A stretch of DNA of 33,110 bases from Thraustochytrium aureum (lineage: Eukaryota). Position numbers and translations under genes: made by a program. The notes under the pieces were generated by a model. It worked only from the letters and a program-made list of their open reading frames with translations. It ran no database searches and was not told the origin of the DNA. Position 1 is the first letter of the stretch. Each line of letters starts with the position of its first letter. This document shows positions 19,055-28,512 of the stretch, piece by piece. Location of the stretch: NCBI GenBank assembly GCA_012862495.1, contig BLSG01000391.1, positions 136,685 to 169,794 on the forward strand, given 5' to 3'.

Positions 19055-22000
19055 ATGTGGTGTGCAAGAATGGCTGGAGCAGCGCTTGTCGTGGCGCTCG
19101 CTGTGGTAGCCAAGGCCGACATGGTTCTGGACGGCAGCGCAGAGGACTGGGGCGAGGCTTACCGCGTTCATCCTGGGTTTTGGATGGATGCGTCCGAGGA
19201 GGACCCCAAGGCGTTCTCCAAGCACGAAGCAGACAGCTTTTGGCTTTACGTCAAGCCGAAGGGCGACGGGGCCCTCGCAGAGGCCGTGGTGTGGATTGCG
19301 CTTGAAGACCCGACCCCGAGCCGGTTTTCGCACAATCAGACGGTCTACTTCGCCCCAGCCGAGTACGACGCGTACCTGCACCTCACGCAAGCGTCGGCGC
19401 GACTCTACACCGGATGCCCTGCGTACCCTCCCGACGAGTCGTGCCGAGTGATGCAGCTCGACCTCCCAGCAAACACCTCCTATGCTTTCGTGGCCAGCAC
19501 AGGCGGCGTCGAAGTCAAAATCGGACGCGCCGAGCTCGGCGCCGCGCTGAGCGCGGACATCCCTGCTGCGACCGACCTACACCTCAGCGTTCTTATCTCG
19601 ACCGTCGTGGGCGGGGCCTGGGAGACTGTAAGCGGGCCGGAGTTTTTCCTCAACGAGTACGTCGTGTACAGCGACCTGGACGCCCTTCTTGCAACGACCT
19701 GTCCGCCGACGGACGCGGTTCGCGGCGCCGTCGTGTTCTCGCGCGACGCCGAGGCCTCATTCTTTGCCGACCACGCCTACATGCAGCTGTACACCGCAAT
19801 GCAGAGCCAGATGATGCAAGCCGGCGTGCCCTTCGACCTGGTCTACCTTGAGGACGTCATTGCAAACCCCGTCGCCTTCTGCGGCATGGGCGTGCTCATC
19901 CTGCCTTTCCAGGCCGTGTTGCCCGCCGAGGCGCTGCAAGCGACGCGCAAGGCCCTCTTCGTTCTGATGCAGCTCTTCGGCGTGGGCCTGGTCATAGCTG
20001 GTGACATGCTAACGAACGAGGCAACGCCGGCCAAGGAAGCCGTCCCCGGCGACCCCTACTTTTCAATGGTCACGTTGCTCGGAATCCAGGACTTCAACCC
20101 GGTGAGCATCGAGACAAGTGAAGCAGAGCTCGTCGTGGACGACACCAGCTCGATTTTCGCCGACCTTGAAACTGGTCAAGTCGTCATCGACAAGGCGACA
20201 ACCGACGCTTTCACCAGCATATTTGAGCCAGTGCCTGGCTCTGCCTTTACGGTTTCGAGCGCGGCCGTGCAGCGAGTCGTCCGTGTTGGTGGCACAGAGA
20301 CAGAGACCTTTGGCGCGGTCCACGTGTCGCAGATCGAGTCCAACATCTTTGGGCGCGTCGGCGCGCGCGCTGTTCACTTTGCCTCGCTCTACATGATTGC
20401 TAACGGCTACGTGGCTTGGCGGGCTGTCCTCTGGGCGCTTGGCGGAGCAGCGCGCGCGGCCGCGCCGATCCTCGGCTTACAATTGAGCCGCCACGCCAGC
20501 CTCTTCGTGTCCCGCTGCGACGTGGACCAGTCGATGTTCTTTGAAGAAGCCAAGGTCCTCGAGCCCTTGTTGATGGAGGTTGTCATCAAGCCCTGGTACG
20601 AGGCCTATGGGTATGTGTCGTCCTACTACATCAATATCGGCAACAATAAGAGGGAGGGCGAGTTCACCAATTGGCCCTGGGCCAGCAAGCTGTACAACAG
20701 CTTCATCCGGCTCGAGAACGAGGTAGGCTCGCACTCGTACACCCACCCGCACGACATCAACCTCCCCACTGTGGACCTGAGGTTTGAGTTCGACTTGGCC
20801 CAAAAGACCATCAGCAAGAAGCTCAAGCTGGCCAGGATTGGCACAGCCCAGCCCGGCATGGGCGAGAACCTGGCCACGGCCAAGAAACTCGAGCCCTACT
20901 TCGAGACGACCTACTTTTCTGGAGGCTACTCTGCCGCCAAGGCCGGCTACCCCGGCAGCTTTGGCTTCATGTACCCGGGCTCAGAGATGGTCTACATGGC
21001 CCCAAACATGCAGTTCGACTTTGTCCACTCCCTGAACAACCTCAGCCCTGACGAGGCCAAGGCGTTCTGGGCCGACCAGTGGACGAGCGGAACGCGCTTC
21101 TCGCGCCAGTTCATCGCGCACTTTCCGTGGCACGACTACGGCCCCACAGACTGGGACGCCGAGTTTGGCGGCGCCTATTCTGGCGGAAAGTACAATCTCG
21201 ACATGTTCGAGAGCACGATCAAGCTCGCACACGACAACGGAACCGAGTTTGTCACCGGAATGGACTTTCACGACCGCATCCGCGCCTTCGCCTCGGCCTC
21301 CCTCTCTGTCAAGCCAATCAGTGCCACGCAAGTCCTTGTGACTGTGGCAGCTCCTGTGGGCCAAAGTAGCGACAGCCTCGGCAACATGGCGCTCCGCGTT
21401 GCCGACCTCAGCGCCCAGACCGTCGTCGCCGGTGTCGACGACTGGTACGCGTATGACGACGACAAGGTCTGGCTCCCAATGGGGGGAGGCACCTTTACTG
21501 TCCACCTTGCAAAGCGGGGCGATCCTGTTGCGTCTGTAACTCGGATTCAGAGCATTGGAATGCGCATGCGGCTTGTTTCGGTCAAGGGCGACGGCGAGCA
21601 GCTCCACTTTGCCGTCCAGGGCCGCGGCGACGTCGTGGTCAAGCTCGCAAGCGCACTGGCCAGCGGGTCGTTCATTGTCGGTGGGGCGGCCAAGGAGAAG
21701 GAAGTGGACATTGTTGCCGGCACGGTAACCCTGACGTTCTCTGGCACCGGCGTCCAGGCCGCGGCCATCGGGGTAAATGTGCTCACGCCCTTCCCATCCC
21801 CGCGCCCCACAAAACGGCCGACAACCGGGCGCCCCACCAAGGCCCCGGTGGCGCGGCCTACCAAGAGGCCGACCACGGCGCGCCCAACCAAGTCCCCGGT
21901 CCGCGCTCCGTCTCTGGCGCCGACAAGATCGCCATTGCCGCTCGCAGCCTGCCCGACGTCCTGCCCAGCGGGCGGAGCCAACCCCGACAAGCGTCCCGGC

Positions 22001-22351
22001 GACGGCGTCGACGAAACCGTCTGCAAGAAGCAGGTCAAGTTCAAGTCTCGCGACATTGCCCATGTGGACGTCTGCGGCTGCGACTTTTCGCAGAGCGGCT
22101 CGGTCGACGTCACCCGTCGCGCGACGACCATCGACACAGTGATCGGCTGCAGTGGCTTGCACCATGTTGGGAACACGGGGGCGGTCGAGACCGCATGTCA
22201 GCGCGTCTGCGCCGCGCTCAGAAACTGCCACGCATGGGTGATCGACTGGACGGACGGCGTCTGTTACTTTTACACTTGCCCACGAACAGTCAGCTTCAAG
22301 CCATGGAGCAGCACGCACGTGGCAGGCGAGCCGTGCGGCCTGGCCAACTGA
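19055..22351 (+). CDS. Secreted polysaccharide deacetylase-like (NodB/CE4-superfamily fold) multidomain protein with Pro/Thr linker and C-terminal Cys-rich PAN-like domain
   Basis: Signal peptide M(WCARM)AGAALVVALAVVAKA|D, with ATG at 19055 or 19070. Metal-site motifs SRCDVDQS (~20510), EVGSHSYTHPHD (~20720-20755) and FPWHDY, then GTEFVT. RPTKRPTT repeats precede the C-terminal CQRVCAALRNCHAWV...CYFY. Confidence 0.8.
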   Translation: MWCARMAGAALVVALAVVAKADMVLDGSAEDWGEAYRVHPGFWMDASEEDPKAFSKHEADSFWLYVKPKGDGALAEAVVWIALEDPTPSRFSHNQTVYFAPAEYDAYLHLTQASARLYTGCPAYPPDESCRVMQLDLPANTSYAFVASTGGVEVKIGRAELGAALSADIPAATDLHLSVLISTVVGGAWETVSGPEFFLNEYVVYSDLDALLATTCPPTDAVRGAVVFSRDAEASFFADHAYMQLYTAMQSQMMQAGVPFDLVYLEDVIANPVAFCGMGVLILPFQAVLPAEALQATRKALFVLMQLFGVGLVIAGDMLTNEATPAKEAVPGDPYFSMVTLLGIQDFNPVSIETSEAELVVDDTSSIFADLETGQVVIDKATTDAFTSIFEPVPGSAFTVSSAAVQRVVRVGGTETETFGAVHVSQIESNIFGRVGARAVHFASLYMIANGYVAWRAVLWALGGAARAAAPILGLQLSRHASLFVSRCDVDQSMFFEEAKVLEPLLMEVVIKPWYEAYGYVSSYYINIGNNKREGEFTNWPWASKLYNSFIRLENEVGSHSYTHPHDINLPTVDLRFEFDLAQKTISKKLKLARIGTAQPGMGENLATAKKLEPYFETTYFSGGYSAAKAGYPGSFGFMYPGSEMVYMAPNMQFDFVHSLNNLSPDEAKAFWADQWTSGTRFSRQFIAHFPWHDYGPTDWDAEFGGAYSGGKYNLDMFESTIKLAHDNGTEFVTGMDFHDRIRAFASASLSVKPISATQVLVTVAAPVGQSSDSLGNMALRVADLSAQTVVAGVDDWYAYDDDKVWLPMGGGTFTVHLAKRGDPVASVTRIQSIGMRMRLVSVKGDGEQLHFAVQGRGDVVVKLASALASGSFIVGGAAKEKEVDIVAGTVTLTFSGTGVQAAAIGVNVLTPFPSPRPTKRPTTGRPTKAPVARPTKRPTTARPTKSPVRAPSLAPTRSPLPLAACPTSCPAGGANPDKRPGDGVDETVCKKQVKFKSRDIAHVDVCGCDFSQSGSVDVTRRATTIDTVIGCSGLHHVGNTGAVETACQRVCAALRNCHAWVIDWTDGVCYFYTCPRTVSFKPWSSTHVAGEPCGLAN

Positions 22352-23055
22352 CCGCTAACTAACAAAAAAAATGCAGCCCCGTCCGGCAAAGTTCACCCAC
22401 GCTACCGCCGAGGCAGCATAGAGTGCTCCCCGCGGCGAGTCCAATGGGTTTAAGGAACGGCCCCTGGGCGAGTTTGGGCCCGCCATCTCGCGCGGCTCGG
22501 CCGCACTGCTAATCCGAATGGTCATGACGGCCCCAACGCGACATAAATCGAGCGCGAGCAGCGTCATCTGCCAGCGCCGTTGCGGCGTCCGAAATCTGAG
22601 CTAGGACTGCATTCCGTCATCGCGTGGCTTTGAAGGAATGTCGCGATCCAACTTGTGGAGCTAAGCGGCAAGTGGTGTAGTAGCTGAGACATCAGCCCTG
22701 CGCCACGTCCAAGGCGGTTGACGCCCCTCCCATTCTGCAAGCTGCAAGCGAGTCTCCTCCGACCCAAGGATTGTCGAATGCTTTCCCAGTCGTCGTGATG
22801 CCGTCAAATAAGCTCCAGCGTCCGGCCGGCACTGGGCCTTTCGACCCTCGTGGAGACTGGCCAACAACAAAGAGTGCGTCGTCTTTGCAACGAGTGGCTC
22901 ACGTAGACGCTCATCCCCCGAAAGTCAGGTTGAGCGCCAGCACGGTAGTTCCGCGACGGCCTTCGAGCAGCAGACGCAGCGCAGCAGGGAGCAAGAGGCG
23001 AGCAGGCGACGGTTTGAGCGCGGGCTGGCGTAGGGGTGAATAGTTGTTTGGCGAG

Positions 23056-23478
23056 ATGGATCCCAACTCGAGGATGCAGCAGGCTGTGGACAACCTGCTC
23101 AGCGACCTGGACAAGAACAAGCTGCGCCCGCTGCGCCGCGAGGCCTTCCTTTGCAGCGCAAAGTGCTGCGAGGGCACTACCATGAGCGCCGAGCAGCTTC
23201 AGGTTTGCGTGACCAATTGCCAGGCCAAAGTCGGCGGCGTGGAGCAGGTCATTTCGAACGAGCTCGAGATGTTTCAACAGCGCCTCCAGCGGTGCGCCAT
23301 GACCTGCAGCGACAACGTGCAGCAAAAGGTGCCCGTCGACCCCGCCAAGCAGACTCCCGAGCTCATGGGCAAGCTTCAGGCCGAAGCTGAGGCCTGCGCG
23401 AACAAGTGCGTCGATACGCACATCGCTTCGCTCGGCAACATCTCGCAGCGTGTCGCGGCGGTGCTCAAACAAGCCTAA
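23056..23478 (+). CDS. FAM136A: FAM136A / DUF842 family protein (mitochondrial intermembrane-space, twin CX3C-type)
   Basis: RMQQAV...FLCSAKCC...CVTNC...ELEMFQQRLQRCAMTCSD...CANKCVDTH has the FAM136A cysteine spacing. ATG at 23056. Confidence 0.9.
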   Translation: MDPNSRMQQAVDNLLSDLDKNKLRPLRREAFLCSAKCCEGTTMSAEQLQVCVTNCQAKVGGVEQVISNELEMFQQRLQRCAMTCSDNVQQKVPVDPAKQTPELMGKLQAEAEACANKCVDTHIASLGNISQRVAAVLKQA

Positions 23479-23844
23479 GTGCTATTCCACCGAGGCAGCG
23501 CCCTATATTTACAACCCTGTCCCCAAAGCAAACAGAACAGCAGCCACAGATAGCTCGGCACGCCAACTTCCTTGTCAACGGACTATGAGAAAATGCGCAG
23601 TTGCAGCGCCAACCCCGGAAAAGCACAGCTGCTGCGGCCGCCTGCATGTGGGAGTTTCAAAGCGATTCCATGGATCTCCGTGTCCGAGTCGACGTGATTC
23701 GCGATTCGGGTGCGCCGCCCGTCCACAGCTGCGACAACAAGCCGAAGCCGATCGATCGTTGGCCAGAGGCAGAAAAACCTCGTTTATCCTGTCGCCGCTC
23801 GGGACGGAGGAACGATGGAACACAACCAAGAGCACAGGAAGGCA

Positions 23845-23944
23845 GGAACCAGCGCTGGGAACCAGAGCGCTGGGAACCAGGAGCGCTGGGAGGGAACCAC
23901 GAGCGCTGGGAGGGAACCAGGAACGCTGGGAGGGAACCAGGAAC
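23845..23944 (+). repeat. Minisatellite, ~6 units, consensus GGAACCAGGAGCGCTGGGAG
   Basis: Units of 13, 15, 20, 20, 20 and 12 (partial) nt read directly from the sequence. Confidence 0.9.
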
Positions 23945-24124
23945 TCGAATGCAGCCAAGATGCGTTTATGGGCGATATTGGAGCCGAGCAGACGAGCAGC
24001 AGACACGGAACGCGGGAGCAGCGAGCGCGGAGAAGAATCAGTCGAGGCACGAACCATCCAAGCGACGGATCGACGGAGGTCCTGCTGGCCAATCTCGGAG
24101 CCAGTGCCTGCGCGCCCTTTTGAA

Positions 24125-26716
24125 ATGGGCTCAAGGCGGAAACGGCGCGACGGCATCGAGCAGGACGAAGGGAGGGAGCCGGAGAATGACCAACCAGAAC
24201 CACCTGCTAAACGACGCGCCCCAATGGAGGTAGAGGACCAACCCCACGTCCGGGTGCTCGCGATTATTCAAGGACGAACGGCCGGGTGCGATTCTGGTGG
24301 AATCGGAGCGGCGTTTTACGACAGGGAGGAAAATGCCGCCTTCGTTCTATCTCGCCTCTCAACGCTTGGAGACTCGTTTGAGACGGCAGTCGAGGCAGTG
24401 CTCGACAAATGCGACCCAGAGGTCGTCGTGCTTCACTCGATGGCTTCGGAGGGCTTTGCAAAGGCAGTCCAGGAGGCGGCGCAGCGCCGGGCGCGCACGC
24501 AAGGGGTGCAGCGATGCAGGTCCGCCGCCTTTGAGCGCAGCTCTGTGGAGCGGCGGCTGGAGCAGGCAGGTTTCACGCGCAACTCGCTGTACAGCGTGCT
24601 GGACCCAGAAAACGCTCTCGGCCTCTCTGCCCTTGGCGGGGCGCTGCACGCCGCGCAAAACCTTGCGTCTGGCCAAGACCTGCCCCTTTGCCGAGTGGAG
24701 CTCGTGAATCTGGAGGACTACATGCTCGTTAGCGTTGAGAATTTGTACAGTCTCGACGTCGTCCGCAAAGAGCAGCACCCCTCCGTGGTGCGCTCCTCCG
24801 GCAAGCAAAAGGAGGGCTTCAGCCTAATCACGCTCCTAGACCGCACGAAGAGCGCCCTGGGCAAGCGCACGCTGCGCAAGTGGGCGATGCAGCCCCTGGC
24901 GAGCGTTCAGCTGATCGAGGAACGGCTGGACGCGGTGGCCTACTTGAAAGACAATGCCACCGTCGAGTTTCACCGTGAACTGCTTGCTGGGCTCAGCTGC
25001 TTGCGGGATCTCGTTCGCATCGTCGCGCGTGTGCGGAACCGCACCGCGTCTGCCGCAGACTGGATGGGGCTTGCCGAGTCGTCCTACGCAATCGAGCAGG
25101 TTCTGGATGTCGCAGCTGCCATGTCAAAGGCGACACAAAGATGCGGCCTCGAAACGCCGCAACTCCTCACAGACTTGCTAAGCTCCGACACGCCACAGCT
25201 CCGCGCAGTGTCCAAACTGCTTGGTGTAATCGACTGGGACGAGACCAAGTCGCTTGGGTGGGTTGTGCCGAGTGCTGGGGTTTGCGGCGACCTGGACACT
25301 GCCCGGGGGCTCTTCGGGTCTCTTGACGTGATCCTCGAGCAAGCTGACGAGGGCCTGGAGCAGCAATACGGGCGCGCAGCGAAGCGCGCGGAGCTGCAAA
25401 TGACCTTTATTCCCGTGCTCGGCTTTCTTATTCAGTCCCCTGCGCGCCACGAGGACTTGGTCCCGCCAGGGCTCACCGAGTTCTTCCGGCGGCAAGCCGC
25501 ACCTCAGGCGCAAGCTGACGCCCAAGGCGAGACGCTCGTCTACTACCGCGGAACCGACACGGAGGCCCTGAACGCGAAGCATGGCGACCTGTACCAGAAC
25601 GTGCGCGCAGCCGAGCAGAAAGTGAGCCGCGACCTCGAGGCTGGGGTCGTGGCGCACGAAGGGCCCCTGCTCCGAGCCGCGGCCGGGTGCGCGGCCTTGG
25701 ATGTGCTGCTCTCGCTTGCGCGGACGGCTGCAGACTTCAACTACGTCAGGCCAGAGATTACGGCAGAGCCCCGCACCGAGATTGTCCAAGGCATGCACCC
25801 GCTCCTCATGCACAACGTCGACCAGTTTGTCCCAAACGACATATCGCTTGCGCATAGCGCCTCAGCGCAAACGGCTCCGATCATGCTGCTCACGGGGCCA
25901 AACTACTCGGGCAAGTCTGTTCTTCTCAAGACGGTTGGGGTCTTGCACATCATGGCGCAGATGGGCAGTTTCGTTCCTGCTGAAAAGGCCGTCCTCGGAA
26001 TAGTCGACAGGCTGTTCACTCGCATCGAAAGCCTCGAGTCGAGCGCGACCCTCGAGCAGAGCTCCTTCTCGCTCGACACGCATCAAGTGGCAGCCATGAT
26101 GGCGTCATCAACGGTGCGCTCGCTCCTGCTGGTGGACGAGTACGGCAAGGGCACGGCCAACTTGGACGGCGCCAGCTTGCTCGCAGCCTTCCTCAAGCAC
26201 CTCAGCAACCGAATGGCGACGCCGCGGACCATGGTGACGACCCACTTGCTCGAAATTCTGGACGGCGGGCTGCTGGAGGGATGCACAAGTGTGCTGACCT
26301 GTGAGATGAAGGTTCTGCTGGACGCGGAGGCGCCGTCGTCGGCCGCTAGGAGCGTTGCCGGGTCCGCGGCAAACGAGGACATGGACTCGCAGGACAGCGC
26401 TTCAAGCGGGAGAAGCACGAGCTCAAGCATGCCCGCGCTTGCGCAACCTGTGCCGCTCTTTCGGCTTGTTCCAGGGTCGCGATCCTCGAGGTCCTACGCG
26501 CTGGCCTGCGCAGAGCGAGCCAACGTGCCACGTTCTGTGATCCGACGAGCGCGGACTATTCTTGGCCTCACCGAGCAAGGGCTGTGGCCTACATGTGACG
26601 TTCGCCGGGACCGGCGCTTGTCCAAGGTGCTGGCGCGCGTCACCGACCCGTCGCGTGACTGGAGAAAGGCGTCTGCAGAGTCTATCCAAACCCTCCTCAG
26701 CGGCCTGAAACTATGA
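24125..26716 (+). CDS. MSH5: MutS homolog 5 (meiotic crossover factor)
   Basis: MSH5-typical HPS...KEGFSL..LLDRT..LGKR.LRKW; Walker A TGPNYSGKS; MAQMGSFVPA; SSFSLDTHQVA; Walker B LLVDEYGKGT..DG; TTH; SYALACA. No mismatch-binding domain I. Probable start MGSRRKRR at 24125. Confidence 0.9.
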   Translation: MGSRRKRRDGIEQDEGREPENDQPEPPAKRRAPMEVEDQPHVRVLAIIQGRTAGCDSGGIGAAFYDREENAAFVLSRLSTLGDSFETAVEAVLDKCDPEVVVLHSMASEGFAKAVQEAAQRRARTQGVQRCRSAAFERSSVERRLEQAGFTRNSLYSVLDPENALGLSALGGALHAAQNLASGQDLPLCRVELVNLEDYMLVSVENLYSLDVVRKEQHPSVVRSSGKQKEGFSLITLLDRTKSALGKRTLRKWAMQPLASVQLIEERLDAVAYLKDNATVEFHRELLAGLSCLRDLVRIVARVRNRTASAADWMGLAESSYAIEQVLDVAAAMSKATQRCGLETPQLLTDLLSSDTPQLRAVSKLLGVIDWDETKSLGWVVPSAGVCGDLDTARGLFGSLDVILEQADEGLEQQYGRAAKRAELQMTFIPVLGFLIQSPARHEDLVPPGLTEFFRRQAAPQAQADAQGETLVYYRGTDTEALNAKHGDLYQNVRAAEQKVSRDLEAGVVAHEGPLLRAAAGCAALDVLLSLARTAADFNYVRPEITAEPRTEIVQGMHPLLMHNVDQFVPNDISLAHSASAQTAPIMLLTGPNYSGKSVLLKTVGVLHIMAQMGSFVPAEKAVLGIVDRLFTRIESLESSATLEQSSFSLDTHQVAAMMASSTVRSLLLVDEYGKGTANLDGASLLAAFLKHLSNRMATPRTMVTTHLLEILDGGLLEGCTSVLTCEMKVLLDAEAPSSAARSVAGSAANEDMDSQDSASSGRSTSSSMPALAQPVPLFRLVPGSRSSRSYALACAERANVPRSVIRRARTILGLTEQGLWPTCDVRRDRRLSKVLARVTDPSRDWRKASAESIQTLLSGLKL

Positions 26717-27362
26717 ATAACCTATGTCTTCTAGCCGGCGAAGCAAGGGACGCCAGAGTTGCGCGCCCTGCCCGAGAGCGGCTTTTGGTCACACGCCTCC
26801 TTGCCACAGACGCACCCCGCGGAACCAGCTGTACCGCGCACGGCCGAGCGCAGCTGCGAAGTGGAGCCTCTGCTGCTTGCGCGCAATGCACGTAGGTACC
26901 GAGAGAATGCGCTTGTGCCGTTTGTCCTGTCGCCTGCCTTCTGACCCCAAGCGCCGATTCGTTCGCGTCCTCGACCGTGCACCTCCCAAGCGCGAGTTCG
27001 TTCGTCTTTCCGCAGCAGGGGCGGGACTCCACAAGTCCCGAACATCATGATGCTGCCTCTGGAGGGCTCCTGCTAGCGGGCCTGACGAAGACGGGCGTTC
27101 GGTCGCAGCGGAAAGGAGGCGGCTTTGGTGCGCGGCAAGAGGCGAAACACAACAAAAACGCAAAACTGCTCCGATTTCAATCAACAAACACAAACCAAGC
27201 AGCTGCAGGCCGTTCCGACCAGAGCAAAGCCTGCAACGGCAGGTTGGGGCTTCCCTCTCTTCTTCAAGTGGTTTCTGCGACCGGGCTCGCTCGCTGGATT
27301 TCTCGGAAAACGCCCTGTTGGCCACGGAGACGGCGGCAACAAAAAGCAAGTGCAAACACCGT

Positions 27363-28512
27363 TCAACAGCACTGCGGTACGCCGAGCACGCGACAGCCAC
27401 CCTCCACGTCAGCCACCCTCCTCCCCCGATCAGCCCCGAAGCAGCGCGTGCCCGCCGGGACAGCCCCAAAAGCAGGGCAACTTACGCTCCAGTATCGGTT
27501 CTCCCACACGTTGTTCCAAATGTCGTCCGAGTCGCGGTTTGCCCTGCGACGTCGTGCGATGTCAGTGCCGGCGCGTCAAGCGCAGCGGAGGGCCGCGTGG
27601 CTGAAACTTACCGCTGGACCTCCCAGCGCCGCGGGCGCCAGTCCGCCCGAGGCACACAAACAAGGAGGATGCCGTCGAGCACGCAAAACCTGCGCAGATT
27701 GCCAAAGAGCCCGCGGCTGAACGGCAGGTCAAAGTCCCGCGTCCCGGCCAGGTAGTGGATCTTGTCGGCCCGCAAAAACTCGTACGAGGTCATGCTCGCG
27801 CAAGCGAGAAACGTGTGGAACAGGAGCAGCCCGCCCACAGACGCAAGGAGCAGCCAGAGGAGAATCGACGCCACAAGCGCGTGCGCGTTGTAGTCCAGCC
27901 AGACGCCCACCTCGGCGCGCGTGTCGCGAAACCCGCTGTGCACTAAGGCGACCAAGTAGCAGATCCCAATCGTGTGCGAGAGCAGGAACCACCAGAACCG
28001 GCAGTGGTTGCGCTCGCCAATGCAGGTTCCAATCACCCCACAAAAGTGGTCAAAGGTTGCGACGTACGCGCCAGAGTTGCGACAAAACTTGGCCCGCGGC
28101 GGGACGGCTGCCAGCTCCACGGAAGCCAAGCGCGCATCGCCGTGCTCGTTCGGCTCCAGATCGAGGATGAACGGCACCTCGTCCTCTTCTTCGTCGTCTT
28201 CGTCTCCGGACCACTCGCTGCCAGAGTCGTGCGCAACCCGGTCTTCGTGGACTGCAAAGGTGTCAGTGAACTCGCGCCGGTCGCGCTCGAGCTGCAGCGG
28301 GTGCTCTGGGCTGTCCAGCTGGATGCTGACATCTGCCGTGTCAAGCGATATCTCGACCATCTCGCCGGGCGCTGCCCGAGGCGGGGCTGGAGCGCGGTGC
28401 TCGGGGTTGGAGAGGTCGAGGTACCCTGGGTCCGAGCCCTGAAGCAGCCAAAAGGTAATTACGCAGAAGCCAAGGATGGCTGCGATCTTTTTCGCCACGC
28501 TCTGGTCGAAGC
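27363..28512 (-). CDS. ZDHHC: DHHC-family S-acyltransferase (DHFC variant), 5'-partial; exons 28512-27612, 27543-27486, 27371-27363
   Basis: SDPG motif; PPRAKFC...FDHFCGVIGTCIGERNHCRF; TM helices; MTSYE (TTxE-like); PFSRG..GNL (PaCCT-like). Two GTAAGT...CAG introns (27611-27544, 27485-27372) give the C-terminus RANRDSDDIWNNVWENRYWSCC*. The N-terminus is lost in the gap. Confidence 0.88.

Noticed and set aside
20981..22318. 445-aa antisense ORF (and similar shadow ORFs such as 31450..32334 and 16308..17006)
   Set aside because: They overlap well-supported genes, have no recognisable motifs, and are expected from high GC and codon bias.
22428..22500. tRNA-like start (GCGGCGAGTCCAATGGGTTTAAGG)
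   Set aside because: No T-loop GTTCRA and no cloverleaf pairing found.
23845..23944. CRISPR-like array
   Set aside because: Contiguous tandem units without unique spacers, no cas genes, eukaryotic context.
23450..24124. 225-aa N-terminal extension of MSH5
   Set aside because: Begins at a non-ATG codon inside FAM136A, runs through a minisatellite and has no protein-like features. ATG 24125 is more plausible.
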